Source: Nannocystis bainbridge
Lineage (GTDB): Bacteria > Myxococcota_A > Polyangia > Nannocystales > Nannocystaceae
Assembly: GCF_028368995.1 (NCBI RefSeq)
Contig: NZ_JAQNDL010000003.1
Location: 1,792,001 to 1,856,000 of the forward strand
Direction: 5' to 3'
DNA: 64,000 nucleotides
Under the pieces are notes generated by a model. That model saw nothing but the letters and a program-made list of their open reading frames with translations. It made no database searches and was not told where the DNA came from. Numbering within the stretch: the first letter of the stretch is position 1; every line of letters starts with the position of its first letter. Positions 40,772 to 50,635 of this stretch are shown piece by piece. The translations under genes and the position numbers were made by a program.

Positions 40772-42232
40772 TCACCCGGTCCCGCGCGCGGATCCACGAC
40801 GCGCGGCCACGTCCGCCAGCGCCCGGGCGATGCGCGCGACCGCGTCGTCGGGGCCGAAGGTGCGGAGAAACTGCGAGGGCGAGAACGCCGGCGCGATCGT
40901 CAGCAGCGCGCGGCCGTGGTCGGCGGCGCGCTCGTGCTCGTCCATCCACCAGGCGGCGGCGATCGCCAGCACGAGCGCGAACGGATAGCGCGGCTTGATC
41001 GCCACCGCCTGCTCCGCGGCCGCCAGCGCCTCGCGGTACTCGCCGCGCACGAATTGAGCCGCCGCGAGCCCGGCGACGAAGGCCCCCGGCCCGAGCCGAC
41101 AGGCCTGACGCATGCGCAGCAGCCCCTCGTCGACCTGCCCGGTGATGAGCAGCACCTGCCCGAGCAGCGCCTGCGCCGACGCGAAGCTGGGGTTGTGACC
41201 GATCGCTCGCTGCAGCGAGACCACCGCGAGGTCGTGCTGGCCGCGCGCCTGCTGATAGCGACCGACGAGGTAGTGGCCCTCGGCCATGTGCGGCGACAAT
41301 TCGATGCACCGCTCGGCGCACGCCGCGAGCCGGTCGAGCGCCGGCGACTCCGGACCCCATTGATTCAAGATCGCGTCATAGGCGGCGAGCCCGAGCCCGT
41401 AGTGCGCCAGCACCAGCGTCGGCTCGCGCGCCAGCGCAGCCGCGAATTCGCCCTGGGCGCGGGCGTTGGCCGCCCGCTCGCGGGCCGCGTGCAGCGAAAA
41501 GGCGCGGTGCGCCAGCTCCCACGCCGGCAGGCCGACCGGCTGCGAGTCGGGCGCGAGACCGGCGTGCACGCTGGCGATCAGCAGCGGGTACGCCGCGGCG
41601 ACGATGCGCTGACAGATCTCGTCCTGCACCTCGAACAGCGCGTCGCGCGGGAAATCATAGGTTTCGGCCCACAGGCAGTGACCGTTCGCAGTATCGGCGA
41701 CGCAGGCCGTGATGCGCCAGACGGCGCCCGCCGAGCGCAGCTTGGCGTCGACGAGGAACCGCGCCCCGAGCCGCTCCCCCAGCGCCTGGGCGTCGCAGGC
41801 GAGCGCGCGACTGCCTCGAGTCGAGGCGCTGGCGATCACCGGGAACCAGCACCAGCGAGAGAACAGGACCACGAGGTCGTGGCTGATGCCGGCGGCGATG
41901 TCGGCGGCGCGTGGATCGGCGTCGAGGGCCACGAGCGGCAGCACCGCGATCGCCGGCCGCAGCAAGACGCGAGCGATCCGCTCGGTCGTCGCGCTCCACT
42001 CGAGATAGACCGTCGCTGCCTCGGTGCGATTGCTGACCTCGAGCCGGGCCAGCACCGCGGCCACGTGCGTGCGGACCGTCTCGCCCGAGATCCCGAGGAC
42101 CTGACCGATCTCGGGGTTGGTGAGCCCGCGCGCGACCAACTGCAGCACCTCGCGCTGCCGCGGCGACAGCACCACGTCGAGGCTCTGCGAGCGCTCCGGG
42201 CCGGCCCCCGTCCTGTCGCTCCGCGAGTTCAC
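40772..42232 (-). CDS. LuxR-HTH / TolB-like / TPR transcriptional regulator
   Basis: LSPRQREVLQLVARGLTNPEIG..TVRTH; RPAIAVLP; LWAETYD; TPRs. Confidence 0.88.
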   Translation of the reverse strand: MNSRSDRTGAGPERSQSLDVVLSPRQREVLQLVARGLTNPEIGQVLGISGETVRTHVAAVLARLEVSNRTEAATVYLEWSATTERIARVLLRPAIAVLPLVALDADPRAADIAAGISHDLVVLFSRWCWFPVIASASTRGSRALACDAQALGERLGARFLVDAKLRSAGAVWRITACVADTANGHCLWAETYDFPRDALFEVQDEICQRIVAAAYPLLIASVHAGLAPDSQPVGLPAWELAHRAFSLHAARERAANARAQGEFAAALAREPTLVLAHYGLGLAAYDAILNQWGPESPALDRLAACAERCIELSPHMAEGHYLVGRYQQARGQHDLAVVSLQRAIGHNPSFASAQALLGQVLLITGQVDEGLLRMRQACRLGPGAFVAGLAAAQFVRGEYREALAAAEQAVAIKPRYPFALVLAIAAAWWMDEHERAADHGRALLTIAPAFSPSQFLRTFGPDDAVARIARALADVAARRGSARGTG

Positions 42233-42599
42233 GACTCACAGCAGTCCGGCACCGAGGCCCTCGCCGCCGCGCCCTCGCCCCTGCCTGCGAGCGACGCACA
42301 CGACCTCCAGCTCTCGCCACCGAGCGCGAACATGCCGTCAATGTATCGCGGCCCGCCGCGGCGAGGAAACCGGCCGCGCGGTCGCCGTGACGAGGCGCGC
42401 GCCGTTTCGCCAGGCTCGCCCACGCGCGGCCCGGCGAGCTCCTGCGAGCGAATCTGGGCCGCGCCTCCACGGTCGAGGCGATGGTCACCGTCGCGCGGAA
42501 CTTGAGCGCCTTCACCAGCGCTCCAAGACAGGGGTGAGCCCGCGCGTCCGGAGGAGATCATGCATCACGGTGCACGCATCTGACAGTGATACTCGGTGG

Positions 42600-42790
42600 A
42601 AGTGACCGGATGCTATGCGAGCGGCTCGACTTCAAGATCCTGTTCCGCGGGCCCCTCGAAGCGGCATCCATGATGAACGAGCGCACCGATCCAACGCGAA
42701 GCCGACACCGTCGCCGCCGACATGGATTACGACACGCACACCCTCGTCGAGGGCTGTCGCAAGGTCGGCCTGGCGCCGCATCTCTCCTTG
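42600..42790 (+). mobile_element. Degenerate IS5-family transposase remnant
   Basis: Fragments SDRMLCERLDFKILFR and ADMDYDTHTLVEGCRKVGLAPHLS resemble IS5 motifs SERQL.E.L.YNLLFR and ADKGYD..V..R..TPH. Confidence 0.6.
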
Positions 42791-42980
42791 AATCCGGGCC
42801 GAAGTGCGGCCACCGACAGCCGCTTCCAGATCGAGGCTCCGAGGACCTCGATAACAATCAGGGCACTAAACATTGTTATGGGCCGCAGATGGCGAGCATC
42901 CCGAGAGATGGAACGAACGCCGCCCGGATGGTTGCGCCCACAAACCCCCTCGGGTGATACTGCGCGAGGATGACCCGCGC

Positions 42981-44432
42981 ATGTCACAACCTTTGAGCGT
43001 CGTCGAGCTCGAGAACCTCCTCGGCCCGCACCTGCACATGGCCCAAGCGGGCCTCGCTCCGCCGCTGCTGCTCACTGATCGGTACGAGGTCCAGAAGATC
43101 GTGGGCAAGGGCGCGCGCGGCCTCGTCTGCAAAGGCCGCGACGTCCGGCTCGACCGCGACGTCGCCGTCAAGCTGTACCCTGCCGACCCGGCTCTCATCC
43201 GCGAAGTCGAGGCCGAAGCCAAGGCGCTGGCTCGCCTGCGCCACCCCAACATCATCGGCGTGTACGACGCCGGTCAGGCCGAGTTCCTGCTCGGAGAGCA
43301 CTCCGTGTCCTGCCTGCTGCTCGCCATGGAGTTCGTCGAGGGCGCCAACGCACGCGTGTGGCTGCAGCGTGCGGAGCGGCGCCCGCGAGAGATTGTCGCC
43401 CTGTTCCTCGCCGCCGGTGACGGCCTCGCCGCCGCCCATGCGGCCGCCACCGTGCACCGCGACATCAAGCCCGAGAACATCATGGTCGACGCCCACGGTG
43501 TCCCGCGCGTCGTCGATTTCGGCCTCGCCCGGGCAGCATCCGCCAGCCCTAGCGCGCCTGCCGGCCCCGGCCATACCCAATTCGGAACGATTACGGGCAC
43601 CCTCGAGTACATGGCTCCCGAGGCCCGTAGCGGCCTCGCCGACGAGAATAGCGATCAGTTCTCGTTCGCCGTCGCTCTGTGGGAGGCCCTGACCGGTCGC
43701 CTCCCCTACGATCCCCACCGCGGCGAATGGCGCCTCGCCGACAGCCCCGACTTCCACGGCGCCGAGCTGCTGCCCCGCCGGCTGGCGGCCCCGTTGCGCC
43801 GCGCCCTCAGCCACAGCGCCGGCAAGCGGCACCGCGACCTCGCCGCTCTGCTCGACGCCCTCCGACGGGCCCAGGCCCGCCGCATCACCTGGCTGGTGTG
43901 GAGCGCCGCCGCGACGGTCGCCGTGCTCGTAGTGATCTGGCAGGCGAGCCCCGCGAGCGCCGACCCCGAGCCCGCACGTCCGCCCACCACCACCGTTGCC
44001 AGCATCGACCCGCCCGCTCCTGTCCCCACCTCCGCCCCGGTCCCCGCCGTCGCGCGCGAGGCCTTCCTCGCCTACCTCGCCACCATCCGCGCCTATAACC
44101 GCCACGACGCGGACGCCTACTTCTCCGGTTTCCTCTCGCCGATGGACTGCTTCTACAGCGTCGCCGGAGCCTACGTCCGCGCTCGTCGTAAGAAGCTCGC
44201 CGGCTACATCGAGGTCAGCGAGTCCGACCTCGAGCTCATCTCGACCGACGGCGCCGGCACCGTGACCTTCTGCGAGCGCGGCCAGTTCGACTACGAGAGC
44301 GGCCGCGGCCGGGTCCGCCACGGCAAGGCGATCGTGATGCGCAAGGTCGACGGTGCCTGGAAGATCGCGGTCGAAACCACCCGCAAGCACACCGAGTGCT
44401 TCGTGTCCCCGTGCGCTCCGCGCGACGGCTGA
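42981..44432 (+). CDS. Ser/Thr protein kinase with TM segment and NTF2-like extracytoplasmic domain
   Basis: GKGARG, VAVK, HRDIKPEN, DFG and APE motifs; TM helix; C-terminal MRKVDGAWKI. Confidence 0.9.
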   Translation: MSQPLSVVELENLLGPHLHMAQAGLAPPLLLTDRYEVQKIVGKGARGLVCKGRDVRLDRDVAVKLYPADPALIREVEAEAKALARLRHPNIIGVYDAGQAEFLLGEHSVSCLLLAMEFVEGANARVWLQRAERRPREIVALFLAAGDGLAAAHAAATVHRDIKPENIMVDAHGVPRVVDFGLARAASASPSAPAGPGHTQFGTITGTLEYMAPEARSGLADENSDQFSFAVALWEALTGRLPYDPHRGEWRLADSPDFHGAELLPRRLAAPLRRALSHSAGKRHRDLAALLDALRRAQARRITWLVWSAAATVAVLVVIWQASPASADPEPARPPTTTVASIDPPAPVPTSAPVPAVAREAFLAYLATIRAYNRHDADAYFSGFLSPMDCFYSVAGAYVRARRKKLAGYIEVSESDLELISTDGAGTVTFCERGQFDYESGRGRVRHGKAIVMRKVDGAWKIAVETTRKHTECFVSPCAPRDG

Positions 44433-44530
44433 AACCCTCGCGGACAGCGTTCATTCGGCTTTTTTTGCGATCCGTGAGCCGTTCGCCGCCGGTTTTCCCA
44501 CTATGGCGGACAGGAAGGCAAGCGAAGCCG

Positions 44531-45070
44531 ATGACCACCACCTCGACCATGACTCTGCACGCCCGCGTCGCCCGCGACCATTGGGCCCGGCTCAAGAGCT
44601 ACTTCCGTAGCAAGGTCCCCGAGCCCGACTGCTACGACCTCGTCCAGCAGACCCTCGCCGAGCTCGTGAATTGCGACCTCGCGGCCGTCCGGAACATGAA
44701 AGCGTACGTCATGCGCGTGGCCCACAACGTGCTCATCGCTTACATCAACGAGCACAAGGCCAAGATGGTCGCTTTCGACAGCGATGTGCACAGCGTGATG
44801 AGCCCGCAGACCTCATTCAGCGCCCGCCTCGACAAGCGCAACCGCATCCTCAACGCCCTGCGCTCGCTCCCCCTCGCCCAGCAGGAGGCCGTCGAGCTGC
44901 GCCTGTGCGTGGGCCTCGAGCTGACCGAGATCGCCGAGGTGATGGAGCGCGGCCTCGCCACCGTCAAGCGCTACATCGAGGCTGGCACCGAGGAGCTGCG
45001 CACGTCGCTGCGTGGCATCGTGCCCGGTGACCCCGCCGACGCCGTCGCTGACGCCTACCGCGCCAGCTAG
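44531..45070 (+). CDS. ECF sigma-70 factor
   Basis: Region 2 (LKSYFR..DLVQQT..AYVMRVAHN) and region 4 (ALRSLP..LTEIAEVM..TVKRYI). Confidence 0.88.
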   Translation: MTTTSTMTLHARVARDHWARLKSYFRSKVPEPDCYDLVQQTLAELVNCDLAAVRNMKAYVMRVAHNVLIAYINEHKAKMVAFDSDVHSVMSPQTSFSARLDKRNRILNALRSLPLAQQEAVELRLCVGLELTEIAEVMERGLATVKRYIEAGTEELRTSLRGIVPGDPADAVADAYRAS

Positions 45071-45125
45071 TCAGCCTGGGCCGCACGTGCGCGGCCCCCC
45101 TCCATAGCAACAACCACCATCACAT

Positions 45126-45156
45126 CGCTCCGTCCGACGCTCCTGTCGGACGAGCG
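45126..45156. promoter_or_regulatory. Hairpin/inverted repeat upstream of viperin
   Basis: cgctc-c-gtccgac-gctcct-gtcggac-gagcg. Confidence 0.4.
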
Positions 45157-45188
45157 CTGGCACAGCCATGAAAAGGAGCCGCCCCGCC

Positions 45189-46022
45189 ATGCCCATCGAG
45201 GGACCGATCAGCGTCAACTATCACCTGTACAAACCATGCAACTACCACTGTCAGTTCTGCTTCGCGACTTTCACCGACATCGAGGGCTCTCTGGATATCG
45301 CGGCGCAGCACCGTCTGCTGCGTCGTCTGCGTGAAGCCGGGTGCGAGAAGATCAACTTCGCCGGCGGCGAGCCGACCCTCTACCGCGGCCTCGGCGAGCT
45401 CCTGCACGCCGCCCGCGACCTCGGCTTCGTCACCGCCATCATCACAAATGGCGCCCGCCTCGCCGCATTATTGGACTCTCACAGCGACGACATCGACTGG
45501 GTCGGCCTCTCGATCGACTCCGCCGTCGAGGGGGTCCAGGCCAGCCTCGGCCGCGGCCGCGGCGACCACGTGGCCACCAGCCGCCGGCTCGCCCTCGCCG
45601 TCCACGACGCCGGCATCAAGCTCAAGCTCAACACCGTCGTCACCGCGCGCACCTGGCAGGAGGATATGCGCCCGCTGATCCGCGACCTCCGGCCGCATCG
45701 CTGGAAGGTGTTCCAGGTCCTGCCCGTCGGCGGCCAGAACGACAACAAGGTCGATTCTCTTCTGATCTCTCCCGCCCAGTTCGCCAGCTTCGTCGCGCGC
45801 CATACCGACCTGCCCGCGCGGCTCGCTCCCGTCGTCGAGGACAACGCGGCCATGACCGGCAGCTACGCGATGATCGACCCGCTCGGCCGCTTCTTCAGCA
45901 ACGTCGCCGGCCACCACACCTACAGCCGCCCAATCCTCGACGTCGGCGTAGCGACCGCCCTCCAGGAGTCACGTTTCATGCCACATCGCCTCATCCGTCG
46001 CGGGGGGGTATACTCATGGTAA
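45189..46022 (+). CDS. pVip: Prokaryotic viperin (radical SAM antiviral enzyme)
   Basis: SVNYHLYKPCNYHCQFCF, KINFAGGEP, KLNTVV, RWKVFQ, MTGSYAMIDPLGRF and RGGVYSW C-terminus; AGGAG RBS (alternative start 45168). Confidence 0.93.
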   Translation: MPIEGPISVNYHLYKPCNYHCQFCFATFTDIEGSLDIAAQHRLLRRLREAGCEKINFAGGEPTLYRGLGELLHAARDLGFVTAIITNGARLAALLDSHSDDIDWVGLSIDSAVEGVQASLGRGRGDHVATSRRLALAVHDAGIKLKLNTVVTARTWQEDMRPLIRDLRPHRWKVFQVLPVGGQNDNKVDSLLISPAQFASFVARHTDLPARLAPVVEDNAAMTGSYAMIDPLGRFFSNVAGHHTYSRPILDVGVATALQESRFMPHRLIRRGGVYSW

Positions 46023-46588
46023 GCGCGACCCGAAACCCGCTCTACCTGTGCCTTTGCGGCCTGTCCGGTGCCGGCAAGGATACCGTCGGCGACCACCTCG
46101 AGCGCGCCCACGGCTTTCACCGCGTCGCCATCGCCGATCCGCTCAAGCGCCACGTCCAACAGCTGTTCGACCTCAGCGAGGATCAGTTGTGGGGCGAGCA
46201 GCGCAACACCCCGCACGCCCGCCTCGGCCGGACCCCGCGTGAGCTCTACCAGCTGTTCGGCGACATGTGCCGCGGCCTCGACCCCGAGATCTGGATCCGG
46301 CTGTGGTGCGACGCCGTGCGCACCGCCCTCGCCGGCGGTCACAGCGTCATCTGTACCGACCTGCGCACGCTGCCCGAGCTGCAGGCCGCGCGGGCCCGGG
46401 GCGCCCGCGTCTGGCGGGTCCTCCGGCCCGGCGCCGGCGCACCCGGCCGCGCCGGCGAGCACCCCACCGAACGCGCCCTCGCCGAGCTCGCCGACGACCA
46501 GTTCGACCGCTGCATCCGCAACGACGGCGACCTCGGTCACCTCCACCGTACCATCGCGTCGGCCCTCGCCGCCGAGGAGCTCACGTGA
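46016..46588 (+). CDS. Deoxynucleoside monophosphate kinase, phage T4 gp1/T5-like
   Basis: GLSGAGKDT P-loop, ADPLK, TPRELYQ.FG, DPEIW, TDLR..E and HPTE; overlaps the viperin stop. Confidence 0.85.
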   Translation: MVSATRNPLYLCLCGLSGAGKDTVGDHLERAHGFHRVAIADPLKRHVQQLFDLSEDQLWGEQRNTPHARLGRTPRELYQLFGDMCRGLDPEIWIRLWCDAVRTALAGGHSVICTDLRTLPELQAARARGARVWRVLRPGAGAPGRAGEHPTERALAELADDQFDRCIRNDGDLGHLHRTIASALAAEELT

Positions 46589-46866
46589 CCCGCCTTGCCG
46601 ACACGGACCCCATCTCGCTCGCCAGCCTACCGCACCGCGGCATGGTGCAGCGAGCCCGCGATATCCTGCACCGAATCGCAGCGGGCGAGCCCTACGTCCG
46701 CTTCCATGGCAAGCGCCTACGCCACGACCGGACCCGCATCAGCGTCCCGCTCGGCCGGCACTACCGGCTTATCTTCCTCGACGACGGCGCCCGCCTGCGT
46801 CCGATCGCCTGCATGTCTCACTCCGCCTACAACGGCACGAAACCCGGCGCCCGCCGCCACTCCTGA
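46585..46866 (+). CDS. ParE/RelE-like toxin-domain protein
   Basis: GTGA overlap, GAGGAG RBS; basic 93-aa protein with GKRL..ISVPLGRHYRLIF..MSH..YN. Confidence 0.72.
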   Translation: MTRLADTDPISLASLPHRGMVQRARDILHRIAAGEPYVRFHGKRLRHDRTRISVPLGRHYRLIFLDDGARLRPIACMSHSAYNGTKPGARRHS

Positions 46867-46880
46867 TCGCTAGCGACTCG

Positions 46881-46965
46881 ATGCCGGACCGCCTGCTCCT
46901 CGTCAAGCAAGGATATCCCGGCGGGCCGCCGACATCGATCCCGCACGAGCTGAAATGGGCATACT
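46881..46965 (+). pseudogene. Remnant paralogous to the C-terminus of the 38362-38949 gene
   Basis: MPDRLLLVKQGYPGGPPTSI..LKWAY vs MSDRLLLVKQGPPGGPATAI..LNWVY (38782-38866). Confidence 0.7.
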
Positions 46966-47463
46966 GGTGCACCGCGTCCTCAGGCGCCAGGTTGATCGGC
47001 CGCTTGTTGAGCACGCAGCCGTCGTTCGTCGAGGCCATGCCTGCTTTCATCCCTGGATCGGCACATTCAATATAGCGTTTGATGGACCTTCCCGATTCGC
47101 AGGGACGGCCCGTGGAATAATGTGCCAGCTCAATCGCCGAGTGCGCCCAGCGAACACCGGCGCACTCATCGTCCGCGCTCGGGAGCGTACCCGCTCGTGT
47201 CATCGCAGGGCCGACGGGGGTTCCGATCGGCGGCGAACACATACATGGCACGACGGCAGAGCCGCGTCGGGTTCTCTTGACATACAGTCGCGTCTGGTGG
47301 ACAAGTGACTCCGATGATCGGAGGGCCGACGTTGCTATGATGCGGGCGCTGGACGCACCTGCCTCATGGCGTGGGAGGCTCTGCCGAATATGAGTTCGGG
47401 GATTCGTCGCCAGGCGCCCCCGCAGCGAGAGCTCGCAGTCACGCCCGCGCAAGGGAGGACCAG

Positions 47464-48639
47464 GTGCTGAGTCACGAGAAGATGTTCCAGGCCTCCGCGG
47501 GGCTTCTGGCCGCCGTGGACACGAACGGCCACTTCCGCGCCCTGAACCCGACATGGGAGCGGATCCTCGGCTGGTCCCTCGACGAGCTGAAGAGCAGGCC
47601 GTTCATCGAGTTCGTCCATCCGAGCGACCGCGAGATCACCCTCGCCGAGGTGGCCCGCCTCCTCCAGGGCGACACGGTCGAGCGGTTCGACAACCGCTAC
47701 CTGTGCAAGGACGGCTCGTACAGGTGGCTCGCCTGGACCGCGCGGGTGGACACCGGCGACGAGCCGTCGGAGCAGCTCATTTATGCGTCGGCGATCGACG
47801 TGACGAGCGACCGCGAGCGGCCGTCGCAGCTCGATCCCACGCTGCAGGACGCCAAGGTCTACGAGAAGCTGTTCCGGGTCTCGGTGGGCCTCCTCGTCAC
47901 CCTGAACTCGAACGGGTACTTCCTCCACGCCAACCCGGCGTGGGGCCGGCTCCTCGGCTGGAGCCCCGACGAGATGACCGCCAAGCCGTTCATCGAGTTC
48001 GTCCACCCCGACGACCGCGAGGCGACCGCCGCCGAGGCCGCAGCCCTGTTCGAGGGCAAGATGACGATTCGCTTCGACAACCGCTATCAGTGCAAGGACG
48101 GCACATACAAGTGGCTCGCCTGGACCGCCTACCTGGATCCGAACGAGGACGAAGCGACCCGGCTCGTCTACGGCACGGCCCATGACGTCACCCCGTACAA
48201 GGAGCTGCTCGGCGAGTTCGAGCGCACGCTCGCACGGCTCCGCGACACGATGGAGGCGATGTCGACGCCGTTCATCCCGATCACCGAGCGGATCGTGGTC
48301 ATGCCGCTCGTGGGCCAGATGGACACCGACCGAATCCACCAGGTGATGACCGTCGCGCTCGAAGGCGTCCAGTCGACCCACGCTCAGGTGGTCATCCTCG
48401 ATGTGACGGGCCTGCGCGACCTCGACACCCTCGTCGCGCGCGCGCTGCTCGACACCGCCAAGGCGCTGCAACTGCTCGGTACAAAGACGATCCTTACCGG
48501 AATCCGACCCTCCCTGGCGCAGACGCTCGTCGGTCTCGGGCTCGACCTGGGTAGCATCATTACCAAGGGGACCCTCCAGAGCGCGATCGCGTCGGCGCTG
48601 AAGAATGAAGTGAGCTCGGGCAAGCCCAAGCCCTTCTGA
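47464..48639 (+). CDS. PAS-PAS-STAS protein (RsbR-like)
   Basis: GGAGG RBS with GTG start; two similar PAS domains (NP.W..LGWS..PFIEFVHP.D..RFDNRY.CKDG); STAS (STP.IP..MPLVG..ILDVTG). Confidence 0.9.
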   Translation: MLSHEKMFQASAGLLAAVDTNGHFRALNPTWERILGWSLDELKSRPFIEFVHPSDREITLAEVARLLQGDTVERFDNRYLCKDGSYRWLAWTARVDTGDEPSEQLIYASAIDVTSDRERPSQLDPTLQDAKVYEKLFRVSVGLLVTLNSNGYFLHANPAWGRLLGWSPDEMTAKPFIEFVHPDDREATAAEAAALFEGKMTIRFDNRYQCKDGTYKWLAWTAYLDPNEDEATRLVYGTAHDVTPYKELLGEFERTLARLRDTMEAMSTPFIPITERIVVMPLVGQMDTDRIHQVMTVALEGVQSTHAQVVILDVTGLRDLDTLVARALLDTAKALQLLGTKTILTGIRPSLAQTLVGLGLDLGSIITKGTLQSAIASALKNEVSSGKPKPF

Positions 48640-48901
48640 TCGCGTCGTTCGTGCGCGACAAGCACAGAAGTCACCTCAGGAGCACCTCATCAATTCCTGG
48701 ATACGGGTGCTCGTGAAACACGCACCGCTTGCCCCGATCGTCGAGGGTGGTGACGCCAGCCACCTCGCCACGAGAATCATCAGACCACGAGCACGAGGTC
48801 GATCGTCGCCCCGGCAGCTCCATTGCGATCCACGCTTTGGAGCCGCCGGGGAGACGCGCTCCCGAGCACTCGTGCGTGCCCGGAAGCGCCGATCTAACTG
48901 C

Positions 48902-48918
48902 TCCTACTGCTCGAAGCA
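48902..48918. repeat. 17-bp direct repeat, copy 1 (candidate att site)
   Basis: tcctactgctcgaagca, identical to 55312-55328, 65 bp beyond the integrase stop. Confidence 0.5.
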
Positions 48919-48983
48919 GTGAAGTTTATCTAGAATTATTAGTTCATTTCAACGATTTAGCGGAGAGCGATATTGCGCCTCCA

Positions 48984-49364
48984 CTAGCTCTCAAGCGCCT
49001 TAAGCGCACGCGAGGTAGCGCCGCGGCGGTCGATGTACCGGCTCGCGGTCCCGAGGTCCTTGTGCCGGAGGTGGGTGGCGACGGCCGCTACGCCGCCACC
49101 ACCATCGGCGATCCGGGTGCCGCAGGTCTTGCGGAGGACACGGGTGCCGCGCCAGGGCAGACCGGCCAGCTTCACCAGGGCCATCATCCACGCATTCATG
49201 TTGTGCTCCTTGAAATGACTCCCCTTGTTGTCGAAGACGAAGGGGCCCGTCCGCGGGTGCGTCTCGAGAGCTTGGGCCAGGCGCTTCGTGATGCCGATGT
49301 TGTCCTCAGTCCTGCCCTTCGGGGCATCGAGCTTGCCCCGGACGACATTGTGGCGGATGACCAT
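48984..49364 (-). pseudogene. Tyrosine recombinase/integrase C-terminal remnant
   Basis: PK..; RVLRKTCGT (HxLR box); LRHKDLGTASRY (H and catalytic Y); N-terminal half missing. Confidence 0.75.
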
Positions 49365-49825
49365 CTCAGCGCGCCATTCGGGAATGGCGAAAGCTCGGAT
49401 TATTCGTCGGGATCAAGACGACGAAGAAGGGCGGAAGCGGCGGGGTTCGAATCTTGTGGGCGGCCTCGGCAGCGGACAGGGTGGCTGAGATCGTGAAACT
49501 CAAGGGCGAGGGCTGGGGTAACGATGCGCTGCGCGAGAAATTCGAGGTAGAGGCGCAGGCATAGCAGAACCGCTAACCGCCATCGGGGCTGGAACGTGGC
49601 GGATGGAAGATAGAAGAGAGCAGGGCAAGTGTGATCGCTATCCACCGACAAACTCAAGCAGGGCTTGGCCAGCATCGAGGCCGACGGTGATCGCGAGCGC
49701 AAGGCCCTCTTGCAGCGGACGGGTCATGCCTCCCTTTTCGCCCGTCGGGGAGCCTCTTCGGATCGTCCGGCCGAATTCACCAGCAGCCGCGACTTCGGAA
49801 GGCACTCATCGAGAGCGCCCAGCTT

Positions 49826-50206
49826 GTGGATACGCCGGCAGGACCGATGGTGACGATAAAACCAGAGGCGGACACGATCCGGCGTGTTGTGGAGTTTACT
49901 GCCCGTGCGATCTACTTCCACGAGCAGGCACGCAAGAAGCGCTGGCCTGGTAGATGCGTGGTCTCCTGCCCTCGTTTCATACTCGACGATCTTTCACCCG
50001 CGCCAGAAGCGGAGTACACCGCGAGAATCATGGGCGCTCTCAGTGAGCTCCAGCGGAGAAATCATCCAGGCTACGAATGGCGTGGCCCGCATCTGGAGAT
50101 CTTCGCCTATCAACTGCACGACATCGACGAGCACGTAGCGATGAGAATGATCTTCTATGGTGCGTTCGAGTTCTTAGCCGTGTCCAAGCCAGAGGGAAGA
50201 GGTTGA
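49826..50206 (+). pseudogene. C-terminal fragment of a lower-GC hypothetical protein
   Basis: Natural-looking sequence (ARAIYFH..IFAYQ..RMIFYG) without a convincing N-terminus. Confidence 0.4.
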
Positions 50207-50635
50207 GAAATCCGCCGCGGCGAGACGGCACCGTGGGGAAGTGGAGGTGAAGCGTATGGTTAGGGGAAGGTGGACGGGACATGCCCCCTTACACTCCTGC
50301 GCCGACTCGGACCCGGCTCGTCAGGGTCATGTGGAACTTCTCGGCGAGCGCCGTGATCGGTCCCCGGACTGACCGTTTTGGAGACGGCTCGGAAGCGACC
50401 CAAGCACCCCGTGAAGAAGGCCGCGTAGCAGTACCTATGCGAGCTTTGGGGACTCCCGTAGCGAGTGGCGTGGTCGCCATCGTGGCGACCACGCACGGCG
50501 CGCTCGGGGCGGGGCGATCACGCATTTCGCCGGCTCGTTCGCCAAGAACCCCGGTCCGTCTGACAGAAAGCCCGGCTCGTCGGTTCGTGCTCACGCGCGA
50601 GTTGCCAGGCACCAGATTTGGCAACGGAGATCCCG

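Noticed and set aside
45189-46022. MoaA or RiPP-maturase identity for the radical SAM gene
   Set aside because: It has no SPASM/twitch cysteines and does have viperin-specific motifs.
48955-48970. gcggagag as a tRNA-Ser att remnant
   Set aside because: An 8-bp match is too short to support the call.
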